Shown: piece after piece, positions 39,201 through 52,047 of the stretch | How the letters are laid out: every line of letters begins with the position of its first letter | Position numbering within the stretch: the stretch's first letter is position 1 | Source: Auanema rhodensis | Lineage: Eukaryota > Animalia > Nematoda | Assembly (NCBI GenBank): GCA_964057225.1 | Contig: OZ059894.1 | Span: 23,622,001 to 23,686,000, forward strand | Length of the DNA stretch: 64,000 bases | Direction: 5' to 3' | Translations under genes and position numbers: made by a program | The notes under the pieces: generated by a model | What the model saw: the letters and a program-made list of their open reading frames with translations, nothing else | The model's database searches: none | What the model was told of the DNA's origin: nothing

Positions 39201-41488
39201 TTTAATTTATGCTAATTAAATGTACACGTGATGTGCACTTGGTATGTAACTCGCTTCACGTGAAAGATAAAGAGATGCGGTTTTCAAAATTAGATTCCCC
39301 ATGTCCATATTAGTCTAAAAACAAATTTTTATTGATATTGGTGCATGGTAACCATGACTTTGAATATTACGTGAACTTTAATTTATGCTAATCAAATGTA
39401 CACGTGATGTGCACTTGGTATGTAACTCGCTTCACGTGAAAGATAAAGAGATGCGGTTTTCAAAATTAGATTCCTCATGTCCATATTAGTCTAAAAACAA
39501 ATTTTTATTGATATTGGTTCATGGTAACCATGACTTTGAAATTTACGTGAACTTTAATTTATGCTAATTAAATGTACACGTGATGTGCACTTGGTATGTA
39601 ACTCGCTTCACGTGAAAGATAAAGAGATGCGGTTTTCAAAATTAGATTCCCCATGTCCATAGTAGTCTAAAAACAAATTTTTATTGATATTGGTGCATGG
39701 TAACCATGACTTTGAAATTTACGTGAACTTTAATTTATGCTAATTAAATGTACACGTGATGTGCACTTGGTATGTAACTCGCTTTACGTGAAAGATAAAG
39801 AGATGCGGTTTTCAAAATTAGATTCCCCATGTCCATAGTAGTCTAAAAACAAATTTTTATTGATATTGGTGCATGGTAACCATGACTTTGAAATTTACGT
39901 GAACTTTAATTTATGCTAATTAAATGTACACGTGATGTGCACTTGGTATGTAACTCGCTTCACGTGAAAGATAAAGAGATGCGGTTTTCAAAATTAGATT
40001 CCCCATGTCCATAGTAGTCTAAAAACAAATTTTTATTGATATTGGTTCATGGTAACCATGACTTTGAAATTTACGTGAACTTTAATTTATGCTAATTAAA
40101 TGTACACGTGATGTGCACTTGGTATGTAACTCGCTTCACGTGAAAGATAAAGAGATGCGGTTTTCAAAATTAGAATCCCCATGTCCATATTGGTCTAAAA
40201 ACAAATTTTTATTGATACTGGTTCATGGTAACCATGACTTTGAAATTTACGTGAACTTTAATTTATGCTAATTAAATGTACACGTGATGTGCACTTGGTA
40301 TGTAACTCGCTTCACGTGAAAGATAAAGAGATGCGGTTTTCAAAATTAGAATCCCCATGTCCATATTAGTCTAAAAACAAATTTTATTGATATTAATTCA
40401 TGGTAACCATGATTTTGAAATTTACGTGAACTTTAATTTATGCTAATTAAATGTACACGTGATGTGCACTTGGTATGTAACTCGCTTCACGTGAAAGATA
40501 AAGAGATGCGGTTTTCAAAATTAGATTCCCCATGTCCATATTAGTCTAAAAACAAATTTTTATTGATATTGGTGCATGGTAACCATGACTTTGAAATTTA
40601 CGTGAACTTTAATTTATGCTAATTAAATGTACACGTGATGTGCACTTGGTATGTAACTCGCTTCACGTGAAAGATAAAGAGATGCGGTTTTCAAAATTAG
40701 ATTCCCCATGTCCATATTAGTCTAAAAACAAATTTTTATTGATATTGGTGCATGGTAACCATGACTTTGAAATTTACGTGAACTTTAATTTATGCTAATT
40801 AAATGTACACGTGATGTGCACTTGGTATGTAACTCGCTTCACGTGAAAGATAAAGAGATGCGGTTTTCAAAATTAGATTCCCCATGTCCATATTAGTCTA
40901 AAAACAAATTTTTATTGATATTGGTGCATGGTAACCATGACTTTGAATATTACGTGAACTTTAATTTATGCTAATCAAATGTACACGTGATGTGCACTTG
41001 GTATGTAACTCGCTTCACGTGAAAGATAAAGAGATGCGGTTTTCAAAATTAGATTCCTCATGTCCATATTAGTCTAAAAACAAATTTTTATTGATATTGG
41101 TTCATGGTAACCATGACTTTGAAATTTACGTGAACTTTAATTTATGCTAATTAAATGTACACGTGATGTGCACTTGGTATGTAACTCGCTTCACGTGAAA
41201 GATAAAGAGATGCGGTTTTCACAATTAGATTCCCCATGTCCATAGTAGTCTAAAAACAAATTTTTATTGATATTGGTGCATGGTAACCATGACTTTGAAA
41301 TTTACGTGAACTTTAATTTATGCTAATTAAATGTACACGTGATGTGCACTTGGTATGTAACTCGCTTTACGTGAAAGATAAAGAGATGCGGTTTTCAAAA
41401 TTAGATTCCCCATGTCCATAGTAGTCTAAAAACAAATTTTTATTGATATTGGTGCATGGTAACCATGACTTTGAAATTTACGTGAACT
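33220..41488 (+). repeat. Variant cassette (T94A+A111G+T137C monomer, 175-bp monomer, then GAATATT/AATCAAA, CCTC and T109G monomers) in three copies anchored at 33396, 38499, 40082
   Basis: The same ordered variants occur at offsets 5103 bp (29 monomers) and 1583 bp (9 monomers). The 1-bp T-tract deletion monomers start at 33572, 38675 and 40258. Confidence 0.88.
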
Positions 41489-44303
41489 TTAATTTATGCT
41501 AATTAAATGTACACGTGATGTGCACTTGGTATGTAACTCGCTTTACGTGAAAGATAAAGAGATGCGGTTTTCACAATTAGATTCCCCATGTCCATATTAG
41601 TCTAAAAACAAATTTTTATTGATATTGGTTCATGGTAACCATGACTTTGAAATTTACGTGAACTTTAATTTATGCTAATTAAATGTACACGTGATGTGCA
41701 CTTGGTATGTAACTCGCTTCACGTGAAAGATAAAGAGATGCGCTTTTCAAAATTAGATTCCCCATGTCCATATTAGTCTAAAAACAAATTTTTATTGATA
41801 TTGGTTCATGGTAACCATGACTTTGAAATTTACGTGAACTTTAACTTATGCTAATTAAATGTACACGTGATGTGCACTTGGTATGTAACTCGCTTCACGT
41901 GAAAGATAAAGAGATGCGGTTTTCAAAATAAGATTCCCCATGTCCATATTAGTCTAAAAACAAATTTTTTTTGATATTGGTGCATGGTAACCATGACTTT
42001 GAAATTTACGTGAACTTTAATTTATGCTAATTAAATGTACACGTGATGTGCACTTGGTATGTAACTCGCTTCACGTGAAAGATAAAGAGATGCGGTTTTC
42101 AAAATTAGAATCCCCATGTCCATATTAGTCTAAAAACAAATTTTTATTGATATTAATTCATGGTAACCATGATTTTGAAATTTACGTGAACTTTAATTTA
42201 TGCTAATTAAATGTACACGTGATGTGCACTTGGTATGTAACTAGCTTCACGTGAAAGATAAAGAGATGCGGTTTTCAAAATTAGATTCCCCATGTCCATA
42301 TTAGTCTACAAACAAATTTTTATTGATATTGGTTCATGGTAACCATGTCTTTGAAAATTACGTGAACTTTAATTTATGCTAATTAAATGTACACGTGATG
42401 TGCACTTGGTATGTAACTCGCTTCACGTAAAAGATAAAGAGATGCGGTTTTCAAAATTAGATTCCCCATGTCCATATTAGTCTAAAAACAAATTTTTATT
42501 GATATTGGTGCATGGTAACCATGACTTTGAAATTTACGTGAACTTTAATTTATGCTAATTAAATGTACACGTGATGTGCACTTGGTATGTAACTCGCTTC
42601 ACGTGAAAGATAAAGAGATGCGGTTTTCAAAATTAGATTTCCCATGTCCATATTAGTCTAAAAACAAATTTTTATTGATATTGGTGCATGGTAACCATGA
42701 CTTTGAATATTACGTGAACTTTAATTTATGCTAATCAAATGTACACGTGATGTGCACTTGGTATGTAACTCGCTTCACGTGAAAGATAAAGAGATGCGGT
42801 TTTCAAAATTAGATTCCTCATGTCCATATTAGTCTAAAAACAAATTTTTATTGATATTGGTTCATGGTAACCATGACTTTGAAATTTACGTGAACTTTAA
42901 TTTATGCTAATTAAATGTACACGTGATGTGCACTTGGTATGTAACTCGCTTCACGTGAAAGATAAAGAGATGCGGTTTTCAAAATTAGATTCCCCATGTC
43001 CATAGTAGTCTAAAAACAAATTTTTATTGATATTGGTGCATGGTAACCATGACTTTGAAATTTACGTGAACTTTAATTTATGCTAATTAAATGTACACGT
43101 GATGTGCACTTGGTATGTAACTCGCTTTACGTGAAAGATAAAGAGATGCGGTTTTCAAAATTAGATTCCCCATGTCCATAGTAGTCTAAAAACAAATTTT
43201 TATTGATATTGGTGCATGGTAACCATGACTTTGAAATTTACGTGAACTTTAATTTATGCTAATTAAATGTACACGTGATGTGCAATTGGTATGTAACTCG
43301 CTTTACGTGAAAGATAAAGAGATGCGGTTTTCACAATTAGATTCCCCATGTCCATATTAGTCTAAAAACAAATTTTTATTGATATTGGTTCATGGTAACC
43401 ATGACTTTGAAATTTACGTGAACTTTAATTTATGCTAATTAAATGTACACGTGATGTGCACTTGGTATGTAACTCGCTTCACGTGAAAGATAAAGAGATG
43501 CGGTTTTCAAAATTAGATTCCCCATGTCCATATTAGTCTAAAAACAAATTTTTATTGATATTGGTTCATGGTAACCATGACTTTGAAATTTACGTGAACT
43601 TTAACTTATGCTAATTAAATGTACACGTGATGTGCACTTGGTATGTAACTCGCTTCACGTGAAAGATAAAGAGATGCGGTTTTCAAAATAAGATTCCCCA
43701 TGTCCATATTAGTCTAAAAACAAATTTTTTTTGATATTGGTGCATGGTAACCATGACTTTGAAATTTACGTGAACTTTAATTTATGCTAATTAAATGTAC
43801 ACGTGATGTGCACTTGGTATGTAACTCGCTTCACGTGAAAGATAAAGAGATGCGGTTTTCAAAATTAGAATCCCCATGTCCATATTAGTCTCAAACAAAT
43901 TTTTATTGATATTAATTCATGGTAACCATGATTTTGAAATTTACGTGAACTTTAATTTATGCTAATTAAATGTACACGTGATGTGCACTTGGTATGTAAC
44001 TAGCTTCACGTGAAAGATAGAGAGATGCGGTTTTCAAAATTAGATTCCCCATGTCCATATTAGTCTACAAACAAATTTTTATTGATATTGGTTCATGGTA
44101 ACCATGTCTTTGAAAATTACGTGAACTTTAATTTATGCTAATTAAATGTACACGTGATGTGCACTTGGTATGTAACTCGCTTCACGTAAAAGATAAAGAG
44201 ATGCGGTTTTCAAAATTAGATTCCCCATGTCCATATTAGTCTAAAAACAAATTTTTATTGATATTGGTGCATGGTAACCATGACTTTGAAATTTACGTGA
44301 ACT
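40785..44303 (+). repeat. Tandem 10-monomer duplication (period 1760 bp)
   Basis: CTTTGAATAT at 40941/42701, TTAACTT at 41841/43601, TTTCAAAATA at 41921/43681, CTAGC at 42241/44000, and G61A in the last monomer of each copy. Confidence 0.92.
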
Positions 44304-45007
44304 TTAATTTATGCTAATTAAATGTACACGTGATGTGCACTTGGTATGTAACTCGCTTCACGTGAAAGATAAAGAGATGCGGTTTTCAAAGTTAGATTCC
44401 TCATGTCCATATTAGTCTAAAAACCAATTTTTATTGATATTGGTGCATGGTAACCATGACTTTGAAATTTACGTGAACTTTAATTTATGCTAATTAAATG
44501 TACACGTGATGTGCACTTGGTATGTAACTCGCTTCACGTGAAAGATAAAGAAATGCGGTTTTCAAAATTAGATTCCCCATGTCCATATTAGTCTAAAAAC
44601 AAATTTTTATTGATATTGGTTCATGGTAACCATGACTTTGAAATTTACGTGAACTTTAATTTATGCTAATTAAATGTACACGTGATGTGCACTTGGTATG
44701 TAACTCGCTTCACGTGAAAGATAAAGAGATGCGGTTTTCAAAATTAGATTCCCCATGTCCATATTAGTCTAAAAACAAATTTTTATTGATATTGGTTCAT
44801 GGTAACCATGACTTTGAAATTTACGTGAACTTTAATTTATGCTAATTAAATGTACACGTGATGTGCACTTGGTATGTAACTCGCTTCACGTGAAAGATAA
44901 AGAGATGCAGTTTTCAAAATTAGATTCCCCATGTTCATATTAGTCTAAAAACAAATTTTTATTGATATTGGTTCATGGTAACCATGACTTTGAAATTTAC
45001 GTGAACT

Positions 45008-48000
45008 TTAATTTATGCTAATTAAATGTACACGTGATGTGCACTTGGTATGTAACTCGCTTCACGTGAAAGATGAAGAGATGCGGTTTTCAAAATTAGA
45101 TTCCCCATGTCCATATTAGTCTAAAAACAAATTTTCATTGATATTGGTGCATGGTAACCATGACTTTGAAATTTACGTGAACTTTAATTTATGCTAATTA
45201 AATGTACACGTGATGTGCACTTGGTATGTAACTCGCTTCACGTGAAAGATAAAGAGATGCGGTTTTCAAAATTAGATTCCCCATGTCCATATTAGTCTAA
45301 AAACAAATTTTTATTGATATTGGTTCATGGTAACCATGACTTTGAAATTTACGTGAACTTTAATTTATGCTAATTAAATGTACACGTGATGTGCACTTGG
45401 TATGTAACTCGCTTCACGTGAAAGATAAAGAGATGCGGTTTTCAAAATTAGATTCCCCATGTCCATATTAGTCTAAAAACAAATTTTTATTGATATTGGT
45501 TCATTGTAACCATGACTTTGAAATTTACGTGAACTTTAATTTATGCTAATTAAATGTACACGTGATGTGCACTTGGTATGTAACTTGCTTCACGTGAAAG
45601 ATAAAGAGATGCGGTTTTCAAAATTAGATTCCCCATGTCCATATTAGTCTAAAAACAAATTTTTATTGATATTGGTGCATGGTAACCATGACTTTGAAAT
45701 TTACGTGAACTTTAATTTATGCTAATTAAATGTACACGTGATGTGCACTTGGTATGTAACTCGCTTCACGTGAAAGATAAAGAGATGCGGTTTTCAAAAT
45801 TAGATTCCCCATGTCCATATTAGTCTAAAAACAAATTTTTATTGATATTGGTTCATGGTAACCATGACTTTGAAATTTACGTGAACTTTAATTTATGCTA
45901 ATTAAATGTACACGTGATGTGCACTTGGTATGTAACTCGCTTCACGTGAAAGATAAAGAGATGCGGTTTTCAAAATTAGATTCCCCATGTCCATATTAGT
46001 CTAAAAACAAATTTTTATTGATATTGGTTCATGGTAACCATGACTTTGGAATTTACGTGAACTTTAATTTATGCTAATTAAATGTACACGTGATGTGCAC
46101 TTGGTATGTAACTCGCTTCACGTGAAAGATAAAGAGATGCGGTTTTCCAAAATAGATTCCCCATGTCCATATTAGTCTAAAAACAAATTTTTATTGATAT
46201 TGGTGCATGGTAACCATGACTTTGAAATTTACGTGAACTTTAATTTATGCTAATTAAATGTACACGTGATGTGCACTTGGTATGTAACTCGCTTCACGTG
46301 AAAGATAAAGAGATGCGGTTTTCAAAATTAGATTCCCCATGTCCATATTAGTCTAAAAACAAATTTTTATTGATATTGGTTCATGGTAACCATGACTTTG
46401 AAATTTACGTGAACTTTAATTTATGCTAATTAAATGTACACGTGATGTGCACTTGGTATGTAACTCGCTTCACGTGAAAGATAAAGAGATGCGGTTTTCA
46501 AAATTAGATTCCCCATGTCCATATTAGTCTAAAAACAAATTTTCATTGATATTGGTGCATGGTAACCATGACTTTGAAATTTACGTGAACTTTAATTTAT
46601 GCTAATTAAATGTACACGTGATGTGCACTTGGTATGTAACTCGCTTCACGTGAAAGATAAAGAGATGCGGTTTTCAAAATTAGATTCCCCATGTCCATAT
46701 TAGTCTGAAAACAAATTTTTATTGATATTGGTTCATGGTAACCATGACTTTGAAATTTACGTGAACTTTAATTTATGCTAATTAAATGTACACGTGATGT
46801 GCACTTGGTATGTAACTCGCTTCACGTGAAAGATAAAGAGATGCGGTTTTCAAAATTAGATTCCCCATGTCCATATTAGTCTAAAAACAAATTTTTATTG
46901 ATATTGGTTCATTGTAACCATGACTTTGAAATTTACGTGAACTTTAATTTATGCTAATTAAATGTACACGTGATGTGCACTTGGTATGTAACTTGCTTCA
47001 CGTGAAAGATAAAGAGATGCGGTTTTCAAAATTAGATTCCCCATGTCCATATTAGTCTAAAAACAAATTTTTATTGATATTGGTGCATGGTAACCATGAC
47101 TTTGAAATTTACGTGAACTTTAATTTATGCTAATTAAATGTACACGTGATGTGCACTTGGTATGTAACTCGCTTCACGTGAAAGATAAAGAGATGCGGTT
47201 TTCAAAATTAGATTCCCCATGTCCATATTAGTCTAAAAACAAATTTTTATTGATATTGGTTCATGGTAACCATGACTTTGAAATTTACGTGAACTTTAAT
47301 TTATGCTAATTAAATGTACACGTGATGTGCACTTGGTATGTAACTCGCTTCACGTGAAAGATAAAGAGATGCGGTTTTCAAAATTAGATTCCCCATGTCC
47401 ATATTAGTCTAAAAACAAATTTTTATTGATATTGGTTCATGGTAACCATGACTTTGGAATTTACGTGAACTTTAATTTATGCTAATTAAATGTACACGTG
47501 ATGTGCACTTGGTATGTAACTCGCTTCACGTGAAAGATAAAGAGATGCGGTTTTCCAAATTAGATTCCCCATGTCCATATTAGTCTAAAAACAAATTTTT
47601 ATTGATATTGGTGCATGGTAACCATGACTTTGAAATTTACGTGAACTTTAATTTATGCTAATTAAATGTACACGTGATGTGCACTTGGTATGTAACTCGC
47701 TTCACGTGAAAGATAAAGAGATGCGGTTTTCAAAATTAGATTCCCCATGTCCATATTAGTCTAAAAACAAATTTTTATTGATATTGGTTCATGGTAACCA
47801 TGACTTTGAAATTTACGTGAACTTTAATTTATGCTAATTAAATGTACACGTGATGTGCACTTGGTATGTAACTCGCTTCACGTGAAAGATAAAGAGATGC
47901 GGTTTTCAAAATTAGATTCCCCATGTCCATATTAGTCTAAAAACAAATTTTTATTGATATTGGTGCATGGTAACCATGACTTTGAAATTTACGTGAACTT

Positions 48001-48703
48001 TAATTTATGCTAATTAAATGTACACGTGATGTGCACTTGGTATGTAACTCGCTTCACGTGAAAGATAAAGAGATGCGGTTTTCAAAATTAGATTCCCCAT
48101 GTCCATATTAGTCTAAAAACAAATTTTTATTGATATTGGTTCATGGTAACCATGACTTTGAAATTTACGTGAACTTTAATTTATGCTAATTAAATGTACA
48201 CGTGATGTGCACTTGGTATGTAACTCGCTTCACGTGAAAGATAAAGAGATGCGGTTTTCAAAATTAGATTCCCCATGTCCATATTAGTCTAAAAACAAAT
48301 TTTTATTGATATTGGTTCATGGTAACCATGACTTTGGAATTTACGTGAACTTTAATTTATGCTAATTAAATGTACACGTGATGTGCACTTGGTATGTAAC
48401 TCGCTTCACGTGAAAGATAAAGAGATGCGGTTTTCCAAATTAGATTCCCCATGTCCATATTAGTCTAAAAACAAATTTTTATTGATATTGGTGCATGGTA
48501 ACCATGACTTTGAAATTTACGTGAACTTTAATTTATGCTAATTAAATGTACACGTGATGTGCACTTGGTATGTAACTCGCTTCACGTGAAAGATAAAGAG
48601 ATGCGGTTTTCAAAATTAGATTCCCCATGTCCATATTAGTCTAAAAACAAATTTTTATTGATATTGGTTCATGGTAACCATGACTTTGAAATTTACGTGA
48701 ACT
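45008..48703 (+). repeat. Tandem 8-monomer duplication (period 1408 bp) followed by a 5-monomer partial re-duplication (880 bp)
   Basis: T129C (45136/46544), TCATTG, AACTTG, TTTGGA and TTTTCCA variants pair at 1408 bp. TTTGGA and TTTTCCA recur again 880 bp later (~48333, ~48431). Confidence 0.88.
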
Positions 48704-51700
48704 TTAATTTATGCTAATTAAATGTACACGTGATGTGCACTTGGTATGTAACTCGCTTCACGTGAAAGATAAAGAGATGCGGTTTTCAAAATTAGATTCC
48801 CCATGTCCATATTAGTCTAAAAACAAATTTTTATTGATATTGGTGCATGGTAACCATGACTTTGAAATTTACGTGAACTTTAATTTATGCTAATTAAATG
48901 TACACGTGATGTGCACTTGGTATGTAACTCGCTTCACGTGAAAGATAAAGAGATGCGGTTTTCAAAATTAGATTCCCCATGTCCATATTAGTCTAAAAAC
49001 AAATTTTTATTGATATTGGTGCATGGTAACCATGACTTTGAAATTTACGTGAACTTTAATTTATGCTAATTAAATGTACACGTGATGTGCACTTGGTATG
49101 TAACTCGCTTCACGTGAAAGATAAAGAGATGCGGTTTTCAAAATTAGATTCCCCATGTCCATATTAGTCTAAAAACAAATTTTTATTGATATTGGTTCAT
49201 GGTAACCATGACTTTGAAATTTACGTGAACTTTAATTTATGCTAATTAAATGTACACGTGATGTGCACTTGGTATGTAACTCGCTTCACGTGAAAGATAA
49301 AGAGATGCGGTTTTTAAAATTAGATTCCCCATGTCCATATTAGTCTAAAAACAAATTTTTATTGATATTGGTTCATGGTAACCATGACTTTGGAATTTAC
49401 GTGAACTTTAATTTATGCTAATTAAATGTACACGTGATGTGCACTTGGTATGTAACTCGCTTCACGTGAAAGATAAAGAGATGCGGTTTTCAAAATTAGA
49501 TTCCCCATGTCCATATTAGTCTAAAAACAAATTTTTATTGATATTGGTTCATGGTAACCATGACTTTGGAATTTACGTGAACTTTAATTTATGCTAATTA
49601 AATGTACACGTGATGTGCACTTGGTATGTAACTCGCTTCACGTGAAAGATAAAGAGATGCGGTTTTCAAAATTAGATTCCCCATGTCCATATTAGTCTAA
49701 AAACAAATTTTTATTGATATTGGTGCATGGTAACCATGACTTTGAAATTTACGTGAACTTTAATTTATGCTAATTAAATGTACACGTGATGTGCACTTGG
49801 TATGTAACTCGCTTCACGTGAAAGATAAAGAGATGCGGTTTTCAAAATTAGATTCCCCATGTCCATATTAGTCTAAAAACAAATTTTTATTGATATTGGT
49901 TCATGGTAACCATGACTTTGAAATTTACGTGAACTTTAATTTATGCTAATTAAATGTACACGTGATGTGCACTTGGTATGTAACTCGCTTCACGTGAAAG
50001 ATAAAGAGATGCGGTTTTCAAAATTAGATTCCCCATGTCCATATTAGTCTAAAAACAAATTTTTATTGATATTGGTGCATGGTAACCATGACTTTGAAAT
50101 TTACGTGAACTTTAATTTATGCTAATTAAATGTACACGTGATGTGCACTTGGTATGTAACTCGCTTCACGTGAAAGATAAAGAGATGCGGTTTTCAAAAT
50201 TAGATTCCCCATGTCCATATTAGTCTAAAAACAAATTTTTATTGATATTGGTTCATGGTAACCATGACTTTGAAATTTACGTGAACTTTAATTTATGCTA
50301 ATTAAATGTACACGTGATGTGCACTTGGTATGTAACTCGCTTCACGTGAAAGATAAAGAGATTCGGTTTTCAAAATTAGATTCCCCATGTCCATATTAGT
50401 CTAAAAACAAATTTTTATTGATATTGGTTCATGGTAACCATGACTTTGAAATTTACGTGAACTTTAATTTATGCTAATTAAATGTACACGTGATGTGCAC
50501 TTGGTATGTAACTCGCTTCACGTGAAAGATAAAGAGATGCGGTTTTCAAAATTAGATTCCCCATGTCCATATTAGTCTAAAAACAAATTTTTATTGATAT
50601 TGGTTCATGGTAACCATGTCTTTGAAATTTACGTGAACTTTAATTTATGCTAATTAAATGTACACGTGATGTGCCCTTGGTATGTAACTCGCTTCACGTG
50701 AAAGATAAAGCGATGCGGTTTTCAAAATTAGATTCCCCATGTCCATATTAGTCTAAAAACAAATTTTTATCGATATTGGTTCATGGTAACCATGTCTTTG
50801 AAATTTACGTGAACTTTAATTTATGCTAATTAAATGTACACGTGATGTGCCCTTGGTATGTAACTCGCTTCACGTGAAAGATAAAGAGATGCGGTTTTCA
50901 AAATTAGATTCCCCATGTCCATATTAGTCTAAAAACAAATTTTTATTGATATTGGTTCATGGTAACCATGACTTTGAAATTTACGTGAACTTTAATTTAT
51001 GCTAATTAAATGTACACGTGATGTGCACTTGGTATGTAACTCGCTTCACGTGAAAGATAAAGAGATGCGGTTTTCAAAATTAGATTCCCCATGTCCATAT
51101 TAGTCTAAAAACAAATTTTTATCGATATTGGTTCATGGTAACCATGTCTTTGAAATTTACGTGAACTTTAATTTATGCTAATTAAATGTACACGTGATGT
51201 GCCCTTGGTATGTAACTCGCTTCACGTGAAAGATAAAGCGATGCGGTTTTCAAAATTAGATTCCCCATGTCCATATTAGTCTAAAAACAAATTTTTATTG
51301 ATATTGGTTCATGGTAACCATGACTTTGAAATTTACGTGAACTTTAATTTATGCTAATTAAATGTACACGTGATGTGCACTTGGTATGTAACTCGCTTCA
51401 CGTGAAAGATAAAGAGATGCGGTTTTCAAAATTAGATTCCCCATGTCCATATTAGTCTAAAAACAAATTTTTATTGATATTGGTTCATGGTAACCATGAC
51501 TTTGAAATTTACGTGAACTTTAATTTATGCTAATTAAATGTACACGTGATGTGCACTTGGTATGTAACTCGCTTCACGTGAAAGATAAAGAGATGCGGTT
51601 TTCAAAATTAGATTCCCCATGTCCATATTAGTCTAAAAACAAATTTTTATTGATATTGGTTCATGGTAACCATGTCTTTGAAATTTACGTGAACTTTAAT

Positions 51701-52047
51701 TTATGCTAATTAAATGTACACGTGATGTGCACTTGGTATGTAACTCGCTTCACGTGAAAGATAAAGAGATGCGGTTTTCAAAATTAGATTCCCCATGTCC
51801 ATATTAGTCTAAAAACAAATTTTTATTGATATTGGTTCATGGTAACCATGACTTTGAAATTTACGTGAACTTTAATTTATGCTAATTAAATGTACACGTG
51901 ATGTGCACTTGGTATGTAACTCGCTTCACGTGAAAGATAAAGAGATGCGGTTTTCAAAATTAGATTCCCCATGTCCATATTAGTCTAAAAACAAATTTTT
52001 ATTGTTATTGGTTCATGGTAACCATGACTTTGAAATTTACGTGAACT

